A stretch of DNA of 33,141 nucleotides from a bacterium (GTDB lineage: Bacteria; Patescibacteriota; Microgenomatia; UBA1400; UBA12108), in NCBI GenBank assembly GCA_021788365.1, contig JAJYKS010000007.1:1-33141 (forward strand). Reading direction: 5' to 3'. The stretch's first letter is position 1. Each line of letters opens with the position of its first letter. Below the pieces are notes generated by a model, which was not told where the DNA came from, searched no databases, and saw only the letters and a program-made list of their open reading frames with translations. The position numbers and the translations under genes were made by a program. Positions 1 through 9,027 of the stretch are shown here, piece by piece.

Positions 1-138
1 CCGGGACGGCTGTGCCGCTCCGTAGCTCGAAGAGCGAAGGGCGGTACCACCCTTTATTTATCTTCGTTAGTGACTATTTCGCTAGTCGGACGGGCTATTT
101 AGGCCGGAGCTAAGGAGTTCGCGACGCTCCCTGAATAA
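1..138 (-). promoter_or_regulatory. Compact T-box riboswitch-like leader for a gene left of the window
   Basis: Minus strand reads AATAAAGGGTGGTACCGC (58..41), the T-box bulge consensus, with the complementary CGTCCC at 8..3. An upstream GCCCGTC resembles stem IIA/B. An extended -10 (TGGTACAAT) lies at 153..145. Confidence 0.65.
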
Positions 139-160
139 GGGGATATTGTACCACGGATTA

Positions 161-484
161 CTATTCTAGCATCTTAACTGCTTCGATGAGATTAGCAATA
201 GTTCCGTGTACTAAATTATTCAATGATTCCTTAACTCTCTTCGCCTCACTTGCACTCGGCATTGTAAGCTTTCTTTGATTGATTCCATTGTGTTGCACAT
301 AGGCCGACAAAGAACTTTCACTTCCAATTAACGCAAAAACAAGTTTATTTTCCAAAAGATCATCGGGTATCACATCACAACCATTCGTCTGGAAATTCCG
401 CACTAAGCCACGCTCTCTCAAAAACCCGCCTAACTCAGAGCTGACAACCCCGTATTCCGGAGCAACACCTTTTTCTCTCGCCAT
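161..484 (-). CDS. Hypothetical protein (107 aa, lower GC)
   Basis: ORF with a purine-rich AGGAGAGAGG upstream of the ATG; no recognised motif. Confidence 0.6.
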   Translation of the reverse strand: MAREKGVAPEYGVVSSELGGFLRERGLVRNFQTNGCDVIPDDLLENKLVFALIGSESSLSAYVQHNGINQRKLTMPSASEAKRVKESLNNLVHGTIANLIEAVKMLE

Positions 485-599
485 AAACCTCTCTCCTAAG
501 ATATAACTATCTCCATTCTACCCCACTTGTCTACCGTGCAGACTTGCGATGGCCTGAAAGCCCCGCCCCCACCCCCACCGCAACGATTGCCGACACAAT

Positions 600-758
600 G
601 GCGGCAAGTGCTCCGATCCACCAGTACCGGGCAAACGCCGACTCCGAAATGTTTGTCCTCTGGAAGGCTCGGCTAAAAGACGCAGATACCCAAAAGTGTT
701 ATGCAAAGCCCAAACACAAGCACGGCAACAACCGAAGGGATTATTCGTCGCATTGTAA
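600..758 (+). pseudogene. Possible degraded thermonuclease (SNase-like) C-terminal remnant
   Basis: Frame reads GKRRLRNVCPLEGSAKRRRYPKVLCKAQTQARQQPKGLF, resembling the SNase pattern 'GRLLRYV..EGYA..Y..AQ.EAR..KGLW'. No intact start or N-terminus. Confidence 0.3.
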
Positions 759-864
759 GTACAGATATATGTTTCACGAAGTTTAATCGTACCGTCAGGA
801 GCGTCGCTGTCCAAGTCATATCTAATATGTAGTAAATACAGTATTTGGTACACTACAGTTATCT

Positions 865-2265
865 ATGATAAAAAACATATGCGGCATGAGCCTTGTACTC
901 GCCGTCATACTTCTCAACCCTACACCAACCCACGCCGGCAGCACCGGACAACTCAGAACCACCACCATGACCGCAGTTACGAGTAGCGCGGGTGACAACA
1001 ACGGTTTCGAGACTACCTACGGTACGACGACACCCAAAGACACAACCACCACTAACACGGCAGGTATCGAAAGCGTGAACTCAGGTACCGCGGCAAGCAC
1101 GAGCTGTGCCCTTCCCAACACCAGCTCCGACCAGGCGATTTTCAGCAACTTCAACGTCTCTCTGCCAGCTGGTGCCGTAATCACGGGTATTACTGTCACC
1201 ATCCGCGGCCACTACGATAGCGCGACGGGTACAAACACATTTTGTACGTTCCTCTCTCCCGACGGAGGGTCCACCTGGACTGCCGGTCAAAAGACCGGCG
1301 ACGTCAATGCCTCTGACGTAACCAACACTCTCGGCGGCACGAGTAACTTGTGGGGCCGATCCAACTGGTCGGCCTCCGAGGTAAACAACACCAACTTCCG
1401 CCTGCGCCTCATGACCCTGGTGGCGAGTACTTCCCGCGATGCGTTTATCGACTATCTAGCCATCACCGTATCCTACAATTCACCGCCAAATCCACCAGGC
1501 ATGTACAACCCAACAAACGGTGAAACCGATGTCTCGACTACCCCCGAGCTCCAATTTAGTGCCAGCGACCCCGACGGCGACAACCTCGGATACAAAGTGG
1601 TTATCTATTCCGACTCCGGCTGCTCATCCGCCCTACAAACATATGACCAGGCAGTAAGTAGCGCCGGTTGGATAGGGCAAAACGCTACATGCGTCAATAG
1701 CCCCACCAGCTGCTATGGTTCCAGCATCACCGCAGGTCTCACTCTACAATCGGCACTTAGCTCTGGAACCGAGTACTGGTGGCGAGCCTCGGCCTTTGAC
1801 CCCGACGGGAGCGGAGTAGTTATCGACGCCACCTCGTGCAACAGCTTCACCACCCTCTCCCCCATTATCTCTGTCTCTTTGACCTCATCGGGGACTATCT
1901 CGTACGGCTTCCTCGGACCAGGAGCACAAAAAAATACAACCACAAATGGTATAAGCGCCACACAGACCGTGCAAAACGACGGCAACGTGCTAGAAGATCT
2001 AACCATTAAGACAACAAATGCTACGGGGGGTATACCGTGGTCTCTCGGAGAAAGCGCTGGCACAAATATGTTCGTCCACGAGTTCTCGACAAATAGCGGC
2101 GGAGCATGGACAAAATTTTCCGCTGCCGATACGTACCAATCATTGATTTCTAACCTGGGAGCGGGGAGCACACAAGACATTGATTTCCGTCTCACGGGTC
2201 CCACAGCAAGTACCGACCTCCTCGAGAAGACTATTACCGTCACCATCCTTGCCGCCCAGCACTAA
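865..2265 (+). CDS. Secreted multidomain surface protein (beta-sandwich/Ig-like domains, C-terminal WxL-like domain)
   Basis: Signal peptide ending AHA; Thr/Ser/Gly-rich; 'ASDPDGDNLGY..YWWRASAFD' Ig/Fn3-like motif; C-terminus (QTVQNDGNV.ED..WSL..IDFRL) paralogous to 2350..2880. Confidence 0.85.
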   Translation: MIKNICGMSLVLAVILLNPTPTHAGSTGQLRTTTMTAVTSSAGDNNGFETTYGTTTPKDTTTTNTAGIESVNSGTAASTSCALPNTSSDQAIFSNFNVSLPAGAVITGITVTIRGHYDSATGTNTFCTFLSPDGGSTWTAGQKTGDVNASDVTNTLGGTSNLWGRSNWSASEVNNTNFRLRLMTLVASTSRDAFIDYLAITVSYNSPPNPPGMYNPTNGETDVSTTPELQFSASDPDGDNLGYKVVIYSDSGCSSALQTYDQAVSSAGWIGQNATCVNSPTSCYGSSITAGLTLQSALSSGTEYWWRASAFDPDGSGVVIDATSCNSFTTLSPIISVSLTSSGTISYGFLGPGAQKNTTTNGISATQTVQNDGNVLEDLTIKTTNATGGIPWSLGESAGTNMFVHEFSTNSGGAWTKFSAADTYQSLISNLGAGSTQDIDFRLTGPTASTDLLEKTITVTILAAQH

Positions 2266-2271
2266 TTCTGC

Positions 2272-2299
2272 TTGACAATAGTAGTAAATTTGCCATACT
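2272..2299 (+). promoter_or_regulatory. Sigma70-type promoter
   Basis: TTGACA (2272-2277), 16-nt spacer, TG-C-CATACT extended -10, upstream of 2350. Confidence 0.6.
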
Positions 2300-2349
2300 A
2301 AAAAATAGTTTCATATACAAGTTAGTTTTAATAAAAAAGGAAACAATAT

Positions 2350-2880
2350 ATGAGCCGCAATATGAGCGCTATTGTCGTAAACTTGGGGCTCGCCGGCATT
2401 GTCGCGCTTGCATCTGCTGGGGTTGCCCTTGCAGGAACAACGGCCCAGATTTCCGCAACCGTGACCGCCCAAAACGTTTCCATCACCCTTACTTCGGACG
2501 GCTCCGTTGCCTACGGGACACAATCGTTGAGTAATACTCCGGACACGACAACGGGAACATATGGAGTAGACGACACTCAAACTGTCCAAAACAACGGTAA
2601 CGTGGCCGAAGATTTTACCATCCAGGGTGCCAACTCAACCAACTGGTCCCTCGCGGCAACAGCTGGCGCCAATCAATACGGATACAAGTTCTGTACAACA
2701 ACCTGCGACACGACTCCCAGCTGGACGAGTATGAACAACGCTACTGGCGTATCACTGTCAACATCGGTCGGCGCCGGGAGCAGCAAAGATGTAGACTTCC
2801 AACTCCTCATGCCCACCTCCGACTCATCGGGGTATGCAGAACAGTCGTTTAACGTGACCATAACCGCTGCTGCCTCGTAG
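2350..2880 (+). CDS. Small secreted WxL-like/fibre subunit protein
   Basis: Signal peptide; 'ISATVT' N-terminal strand; NWSL motif; terminal 'VTITAAAS' strand; SD-like AAAGGA. Confidence 0.85.
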   Translation: MSRNMSAIVVNLGLAGIVALASAGVALAGTTAQISATVTAQNVSITLTSDGSVAYGTQSLSNTPDTTTGTYGVDDTQTVQNNGNVAEDFTIQGANSTNWSLAATAGANQYGYKFCTTTCDTTPSWTSMNNATGVSLSTSVGAGSSKDVDFQLLMPTSDSSGYAEQSFNVTITAAAS

Positions 2881-2895
2881 GCGTAGAGAGATACG

Positions 2896-3504
2896 ATGTA
2901 CATAAAATGGACTAGCCTGCTTGTTGCGACCGCCATTGCGACCAGTGTCTCCCCCGCCCTTGCACGCCTCGGCGTCGGTGTAGCAACGGGAAAAATCGAG
3001 ATAAAAGAGACCTTGCATCCAGGTAGTGTCTACCGCTTACCGCCCTTTACTGTGGTTAATACCGGTGACGAGCCGTCCGACTACACGGTTGGCATCTCAC
3101 AACTCCAAGGACAGCGCGAGCTCTCCCCCAATCCGGCGTGGTTCTCCTACTCGCCAGCCACATTTTCCCTCGATCCCGGTGCAACCCGCGCGGTCACGGT
3201 TACCCTCGCCATTCCTGTTCGGGGCGTAACCCCAGGAACATACTTTGCCTACCTGAGCGCTCACCCCGCAACCAAAGTGCAGGGTGGCTCGTCGGTGGGT
3301 ATCGCCGCCGCCGCCAAGCTGTACTTCAGCGTCGCCCCTGCCAATATATTCGCGAGTCTATACTACCGCATTCGTTCCCTGTGGCAGGATTATCTGCCAT
3401 GGAGCAATGTTGTCGCTGCGGTCATGGTTGGCAGCCTCATACTCGTCTACCTGCGCCATACCTTTAGCTTTACCATCCGGAAAAAGCAGGAAAAGAATGA
3501 ATGA
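2896..3504 (+). CDS. DUF916/PapD-like Ig-fold protein with C-terminal TM anchor
   Basis: Signal peptide; 'VVNTGD..WFSYSP..FSLDPG..V.VTL.IP..PGTYFAYL' pattern; C-terminal TM helix plus basic tail. Confidence 0.8.
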   Translation: MYIKWTSLLVATAIATSVSPALARLGVGVATGKIEIKETLHPGSVYRLPPFTVVNTGDEPSDYTVGISQLQGQRELSPNPAWFSYSPATFSLDPGATRAVTVTLAIPVRGVTPGTYFAYLSAHPATKVQGGSSVGIAAAAKLYFSVAPANIFASLYYRIRSLWQDYLPWSNVVAAVMVGSLILVYLRHTFSFTIRKKQEKNE

Positions 3505-4112
3505 ACCTTCGCGCTCCCGCCGCCGCTGTCATCCTTGTTTTCCTCTGTACTAGTACGCTCGCTCATGCCGCGACTTCTCGCACCATACACACAACGGTGG
3601 GGGTAAACGTCTGCGGGAATGGCGCGGTCGAACGGCCAGCCGAAGATTGCGAAGGCAGCAACCTCCACGGTGGGACATGCCAAAATCAAGGATACGGTCC
3701 TGGCACCCTCACCTGCGATATAGCCTGCAGCTACGACACCTTCGGATGTGCCTCCCCCTCGCCGCATCCCTCGCCATCACCATCCTCATCTCCCACACCT
3801 ACAGCTACCGCCACTACCACGACAAACAACTCGAGCGACAGCGAGGCCCCGCCGGTAGGCAGCGGCAGGGCCAGTACCGTACCCATCGAAGTAGTGGCAC
3901 CACGCCTCCCCACACCCCTTGCCGCGCTTGACCCCAACGGCGACGGTACTATCTCAATAGCAGAGCTTTATACAACCGTCAAAAGCTGGGTAGGTAGTTG
4001 GCGAGCAAGCATTGGATCAGAAGGAAAAACTACGATAGCTTGCGATATCAACGGCGACAAATCGTGCGACATCATCGACTTGTCTTTATTGCTATACTAT
4101 ATTGAAAGATAA
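3501..4112 (+). CDS. Secreted Cys-rich protein with Pro/Ser/Thr linker and C-terminal dockerin/EF-hand pair
   Basis: CGNGAVE..EDCEG Cys module; two Ca-binding loops, DPNGDGTISIAEL and DINGDKSCDIIDL; ATGA overlap with the upstream gene. Confidence 0.8.
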   Translation: MNLRAPAAAVILVFLCTSTLAHAATSRTIHTTVGVNVCGNGAVERPAEDCEGSNLHGGTCQNQGYGPGTLTCDIACSYDTFGCASPSPHPSPSPSSSPTPTATATTTTNNSSDSEAPPVGSGRASTVPIEVVAPRLPTPLAALDPNGDGTISIAELYTTVKSWVGSWRASIGSEGKTTIACDINGDKSCDIIDLSLLLYYIER

Positions 4113-4127
4113 ATACTTATCGGAGCG

Positions 4128-5120
4128 ATGGTGATGTCGATCTGGGCTGTGTGTAAACAAGTTCTATTTATATGCATCGCTATACTCATCTCGTGGGTCG
4201 GTGTCCACGTGGTTGCCATATTCGGACTCTTTTTTGCAGCGGCTATCCCCATCCTCTATCTCTTCTTCACTCCAGCCATACCCTGCTTTTGGTGTCGCAT
4301 AACCGGCGCTACGCACAAGGGTCACCATGGCCTGATAGACGCTGGACTCATGCTAGTCGCAACCGCAGTCGCGATCAGCTTGGTATACCTCGAAGCGCGC
4401 ATACTCTCCTACGTAGGTTTCCCCCCAACCCCAAAAACGGTAAGTTTCGTGATCCCCGCCCATAATCAATATAAGCTCGGAGAAGTATTTCCCATGAAAA
4501 TAGAAGTGTCGGGCGCCAAACAGCCGGTAAACGCCGTCCAAGCCGACCTAGGATTTGACCCCGGGAAACTCGAGGTTGTAAGCATAACAACCGACGAGTC
4601 GTTTGCCAAACTTTTTGTCCAGAAAGAATTTAGCAACACCCTAGGCTACGCACGACTAACCGGCGGATTGCCGAACCCCGGCTTCTCAGGAGAAGTTGGC
4701 ACGTTTGGTACCGTCTACTTCCGCGGCAAGGTAGCTGGCCTCGCCGAAGTCACCTTCCTCCCGACATCTATGGTACTTGCCAACGATGGCCGCGGCACAA
4801 ACGTCCTGAAAGATTTTGCGACCGCGAGCTACCTCATCACCCCAGAAAAAGTGAGCGCCGCCGAGCAACAAATGGAAGAGTCATTGGTAAACGCCAAGAC
4901 GCCGGTCTTGGGAACCGAAACACAAGCGCAGATGACCTTTTATGACGACGCACCACCCGCTGCGTTTGCAGAGGATAAGGGCACCGTCCTTGGCACAACT
5001 ACCACTACCGTCCCCTCCCAAGATGATCCGTTATCATGGCTCGGTTCCCTTGATCTTAGTATCGTCAAGTTTTGGCAAAGCGTAGGTAGTGCCCTCCTCT
5101 CACTTTTTTCTCCGCAGTAA
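4128..5120 (+). CDS. Membrane-anchored cohesin-domain protein
   Basis: N-terminal TM helices with a CxxC motif; 'VNAVQADLGFDPGKLEVVSI...G.FGTVYFRGK.AG.AEVTF...VLANDG.GTNVL' cohesin-like signature. Confidence 0.8.
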   Translation: MVMSIWAVCKQVLFICIAILISWVGVHVVAIFGLFFAAAIPILYLFFTPAIPCFWCRITGATHKGHHGLIDAGLMLVATAVAISLVYLEARILSYVGFPPTPKTVSFVIPAHNQYKLGEVFPMKIEVSGAKQPVNAVQADLGFDPGKLEVVSITTDESFAKLFVQKEFSNTLGYARLTGGLPNPGFSGEVGTFGTVYFRGKVAGLAEVTFLPTSMVLANDGRGTNVLKDFATASYLITPEKVSAAEQQMEESLVNAKTPVLGTETQAQMTFYDDAPPAAFAEDKGTVLGTTTTTVPSQDDPLSWLGSLDLSIVKFWQSVGSALLSLFSPQ

Positions 5121-5179
5121 GTAGCTGCTAGCTACTAGCTGTAGAGAAAAAATAGCTTATATAGTGTAATTTGGGCGCT

Positions 5180-5416
5180 ATGGGTAAACCGCGAAAGCCG
5201 AATAAAGAGCTGCGCAAACACTTCGGACGCCGCGTCCGCGAGCTACGGAAAGCTCGTGGCTATTCGCAGGAAGAGCTCGGGTTTCGCACCAACATCCACC
5301 GCACCTACATCGGCTCCGTCGAGCGCGGAGAACAGAATATTTCTTTAGACAACATCGGCCGGTTGGCAAAAGCTCTCGGCGTCCCACTTCACGATCTATT
5401 CGAGAAGGTTTCGTAG
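5180..5416 (+). CDS. XRE-family HTH transcriptional regulator
   Basis: FGRRVRELRKARGYSQEELG..IHRTYIGSVERGEQNISL; the ATG at 5180 is preferred over the TTG at 5171. Confidence 0.9.
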   Translation: MGKPRKPNKELRKHFGRRVRELRKARGYSQEELGFRTNIHRTYIGSVERGEQNISLDNIGRLAKALGVPLHDLFEKVS

Positions 5417-5420
5417 ATCG

Positions 5421-6335
5421 CTACGGCAACTCTGTCACCACATCACCCTCCTTATCGGTTCGCATAATCGTTGCCCCCACCATACCCAAGCGGTCGAGCA
5501 CGTCCGGTGTGGGGTGTCCATACGCATTCCCCAGACCAACAGAGATGACGGCTACGGTTGGTTGCAATATCCCCAAAAACTCCAGGGAAGAAGAATATTT
5601 TGACCCATGGTGACCTACTTTGAGGTAGTCTATTTTACCCAGCACACCCTCCGCCAGCATATCTTTTTCCTCTGGTACTCCAGAGTCGCCGGTAAAAAGC
5701 GCCCTATAACTATCGCTCGTAAGGAGAAGTACGACTGATCTGGTATTAGTTTCTACCTTTTTGGCACTCGCTCCCAGTATCTGCTCACGCGCGGAGGAAT
5801 CGATATTACCCGCGACAGCCGCAACATATCGCATGTCGGTATCTGGCGGCCATAGCACGCGGAAGGTGAAAGCAGCCACACCCCCGCGATCGTGTACAGC
5901 GATAGTATTACCAGCGGCAACAGCCGCGACCGGTACCCGCCTCTCACGCAAAATTGCCGTCAGGTGGATAAGTGTACTGCTCTCCTGTACTCCATCTGCC
6001 ATAGCAAACTGCAGCGTACTATATCGCTCCAGTACAGCCACCACCCCAGTCATGTGGTCGTAGTCCGTATTGGTGAGGACTATAAGCTCCACCTTTCTAT
6101 CCCAAAACGGCATATGGCGCGACAGACAGGTAAGCACCTTTTGCGAGCTCGGCCCGCCATCGATAAGAACTTGCACGCTGCCGCGGATGAGGAGTATGGC
6201 GTCCCCCTGCCCCACATCGCAAGCGATGATCCTGGTTTTCCCATCCGGCAGTTGCGACGCCACGAGTATTGCTAACCCCAAAACCAGACCTACAGCGTAG
6301 TAAACTAGCTTTTTTGCTTTCCTCTGGTCCCACAT
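5421..6335 (-). CDS. ComEC-associated metallo-beta-lactamase-fold protein (separate gene)
   Basis: DVGQGDA, LIDGG, LTNTDYDH (degenerate HxHxDH), LFTGD, KVGHHGS, YGHP, RTD motifs. Likely start at 6335; the ORF extends to 6359. Confidence 0.9.
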   Translation of the reverse strand: MWDQRKAKKLVYYAVGLVLGLAILVASQLPDGKTRIIACDVGQGDAILLIRGSVQVLIDGGPSSQKVLTCLSRHMPFWDRKVELIVLTNTDYDHMTGVVAVLERYSTLQFAMADGVQESSTLIHLTAILRERRVPVAAVAAGNTIAVHDRGGVAAFTFRVLWPPDTDMRYVAAVAGNIDSSAREQILGASAKKVETNTRSVVLLLTSDSYRALFTGDSGVPEEKDMLAEGVLGKIDYLKVGHHGSKYSSSLEFLGILQPTVAVISVGLGNAYGHPTPDVLDRLGMVGATIMRTDKEGDVVTELP

Positions 6336-6342
6336 ATAAGTC

Positions 6343-7500
6343 CTATCTGCCTCCCCCAAATAATGCGATCACGCTAACCATCCACCACAGTGGTACGTAC
6401 GCCAAGAGCGCCCCAGGGACAGGTACCAGCACGGCGACTGCCGCGAGCGCCATCGAGAGCGGTACTATCGGAAGTACGAGCATGTTGGCGAGCAAGCTCA
6501 CCGCGCTCACCCGTCCGAACCACCAGAGAATGACTGGCAATGTAGCGACTGTAGCTGCTAGCGTCGGATAAAAATAGTCTGCCAAAATACTCTGGAAGCT
6601 CTTTAAGAATTGATTATTTGAAAATTGATTGAAAATTAAAAATTGGTTATTGAAAATTCTCTGAATCATCGGCTCCAAGTATAGTAGCCCCCACGTCGCC
6701 GCCACCGACAACTGGAAACCCGGGTCTACGAGATACAAAGGGTTTGCAAACAGCATAATGACAATAGTCACCCACAAGAGGCGCTTTGCCTCTGTGGGCC
6801 GCCCCCACGCGTAGGCGAGGACGGTGAGACCACCCATGACACCCGCCCGTATGACGGACGCCCCTGCCCCGGCCACGAGTATATAAAGGAATACTCCCAC
6901 GAGTCCGAGAGCCGTCGCCCACCCACGGGATACCATGTATAGCAGCGCTTTAGAAATTACTCCCAGCACTACGCTCACGTTGTATCCGCTGGCGGCAATG
7001 ATATGGGTGGTACCGGTACTGGCCAATGCTTGGTAAAAATCCGCCGGGAGCTGTGCTTTGACTCCCAGAAGTATTCCCGCAGCTAGGGACGCCATCGGCT
7101 CAGGTAGCGATTTTTCCAGAACAGCAACACAATGTTCGCGCAATCGCGACAACCAAACCGCGACACACCCGGTGTGAAAGGCTCCCACACACCGGGTGTG
7201 TGACATACCCTCAAATGTCGGATCCATCATGACAATCTTTGTTACCTTCCCCGCTATCACTGTGGGTTCCGGAGTGCCGGAGAAGCGCACACGATCGCCA
7301 GGCGTAATTACCGCATAACCCGGAAGTTGCAACTCCCATATCCCCGCACGTATGATGGTTTTTGTATCGGTGTGTTCCGGCTCCTCCATGATCGGTGCGG
7401 TAATTGTCACTGGCGTCCCCCGAACCCAACCGGTAGGGAGCGGAGACGGAAGCGTTACCCAACGAAGGATAAACACGACCGCCAAAAACAAAGTCATCAT
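6343..7500 (-). CDS. comEC: ComEC/Rec2 competence membrane channel
   Basis: LAAGILLG, GTTHIIAASGYNV, ASVIRAGVM, DPGFQLSVAAT, SLLANML motifs. Start placed at the ATG just after the comEA stop. Confidence 0.93.
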   Translation of the reverse strand: MMTLFLAVVFILRWVTLPSPLPTGWVRGTPVTITAPIMEEPEHTDTKTIIRAGIWELQLPGYAVITPGDRVRFSGTPEPTVIAGKVTKIVMMDPTFEGMSHTRCVGAFHTGCVAVWLSRLREHCVAVLEKSLPEPMASLAAGILLGVKAQLPADFYQALASTGTTHIIAASGYNVSVVLGVISKALLYMVSRGWATALGLVGVFLYILVAGAGASVIRAGVMGGLTVLAYAWGRPTEAKRLLWVTIVIMLFANPLYLVDPGFQLSVAATWGLLYLEPMIQRIFNNQFLIFNQFSNNQFLKSFQSILADYFYPTLAATVATLPVILWWFGRVSAVSLLANMLVLPIVPLSMALAAVAVLVPVPGALLAYVPLWWMVSVIALFGGGR

Positions 7501-7504
7501 AAAC

Positions 7505-8107
7505 TTAATAGACACTAATGGCGTCCTTGATTTTGTCGTACACACTCTGAGGTATTCCAGCTTTGGCTATGATCTCGTCCGTTGTGCCGTACGGTCGACC
7601 AGCAACAATCGCCGTCGCCCGCGACGGGCCTATCCCCCAAAGAGTATCGAGCTCTGCCTCGCTCGCCGTATTTATATTGACCTTTGCGGTTTTCTGACCT
7701 GCCGATGCACTGATCTGCTGATCCTGCTGGCTAGCAGACTCGCCGACTTGCTGATTTGCCGGAATGTATATCTTCTCCCCGTCTCTAACCGGCGTAGCCA
7801 GATTGAGCGTTGCAGATACCCAGGCATGATCAGCAGATGCAGCAAGTCCCCCAGCGGCAACAAGCACCTCTCCCACCCGCGAACCCTCTGGTAGCGTGTA
7901 CACTCCAGGATTGACTACCGCCCCGGAAACATCGACCACAAGCTGTTTCGCAACACGGCTCTCGGCGTCCGTATCGTGAGAGATCTCCACCACAACAGGC
8001 GGCGGTGCAATCGCCTGCCAAAATCCGTACCCGAAGCAGGAGAGTCCAACGACTCCAACGAGCAAGGCTAAACCATATTCACGCAAAAACTCAAATATTT
8101 TACCCAC
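7505..8107 (-). CDS. comEA: ComEA DNA-binding competence protein (TM + SLBB + HhH)
   Basis: VVDVSGAVVNPGVY.LPEGSRV (SLBB) and KVNINTASEAELDTLWGIGPSRA (HhH). Confidence 0.95.
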   Translation of the reverse strand: MGKIFEFLREYGLALLVGVVGLSCFGYGFWQAIAPPPVVVEISHDTDAESRVAKQLVVDVSGAVVNPGVYTLPEGSRVGEVLVAAGGLAASADHAWVSATLNLATPVRDGEKIYIPANQQVGESASQQDQQISASAGQKTAKVNINTASEAELDTLWGIGPSRATAIVAGRPYGTTDEIIAKAGIPQSVYDKIKDAISVY

Positions 8108-8127
8108 AGTTAAAGGCTAGCAAAATC

Positions 8128-9009
8128 CTACACTGCAAGCAACATTGCAAGCACACCAAGACCAAGGGCCAAACTCACCCACTGCCCGCTGTTGATCCGC
8201 TTATGTTCGCCAAACACAAAGAGTCCGGCCAGCGTCGTCACCGTCACGATTGCCACCCGACGTACAATACTCGAAAGCGAAAGCGGGACAGTGACAAGTA
8301 GCGTTGCGTACCAAAAAACAGAAGCCGCAAAAAGTGTTCCTTGGACTATACCCCACACAACTTGCCTCCGCCCCACGTGCAAATCCTGTCCTCGCGCGTA
8401 CACAAACACGATCCCACCAAAGAGTAGTCCCAGGTATTCCCAGAACATATAGCTTGCTGGCTTCACCCCCGCAACCGCCACCGCCCACTTCACGGCAAGA
8501 TTCGCGACGACAACCATTAAAGCAGAGGCGAGAAGTTTCGCACTCCAATGAAACCGCTTCGTACGCGTCAGCGTGTCATCACGCTTTTGGTAAAAGAACA
8601 CGAGAAAAAGTGTTAAACACAAGGCCAGGATGTTGAGAAGGCCACGTCCACTTCGTGGGTCAAAATACCCCCACTCTGAAAAGAGAAACCCCGAGGAGAG
8701 AACGATGAGGAGACTAGACAATGGATACGAGAAGACAACGGTCCCCGCCATCTCCTCACGGCTCGCCGAATAGTAGGCTGCCTGCATGACAGATTCGAGG
8801 ATGCCAACACCGACAAACAGGAGGTATAGTGGGGAAAACCCGTAGAGGTGTTGTACAACGCTCACCACCGCAACAACGAGGAGTATTGTCCCGTCTCGTA
8901 GCACACCACTCTGGAACGCGCTCATGCGAGAAACTTGTCGTTTGCCGATAGATTGGGCAATCCCCGACAATATCCCGGTTGTGACGACTGCCACCTGCCA
9001 CGTAATCAT
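8128..9009 (-). CDS. EamA/DMT-family transporter
   Basis: About 10 TM helices in two repeated halves ending 'FLFSE' and 'FVFGE'. Confidence 0.8.
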   Translation of the reverse strand: MITWQVAVVTTGILSGIAQSIGKRQVSRMSAFQSGVLRDGTILLVVAVVSVVQHLYGFSPLYLLFVGVGILESVMQAAYYSASREEMAGTVVFSYPLSSLLIVLSSGFLFSEWGYFDPRSGRGLLNILALCLTLFLVFFYQKRDDTLTRTKRFHWSAKLLASALMVVVANLAVKWAVAVAGVKPASYMFWEYLGLLFGGIVFVYARGQDLHVGRRQVVWGIVQGTLFAASVFWYATLLVTVPLSLSSIVRRVAIVTVTTLAGLFVFGEHKRINSGQWVSLALGLGVLAMLLAV

Positions 9010-9027
9010 GAGACCATTATAAAGGAG

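Noticed and set aside
1-140. RNase P RNA or tRNA at the left edge
   Set aside because: No GAGGAAAGTCC or cloverleaf motifs; the T-box pattern explains the sequence better.
518-853. ORFs 518..853(-) and 544..786(+)
   Set aside because: No protein-like composition or motifs; the region looks intergenic or decayed.
5180-5416. Restriction-modification controller (C protein) system
   Set aside because: The HTH resembles C proteins, but no methyltransferase or endonuclease is adjacent.
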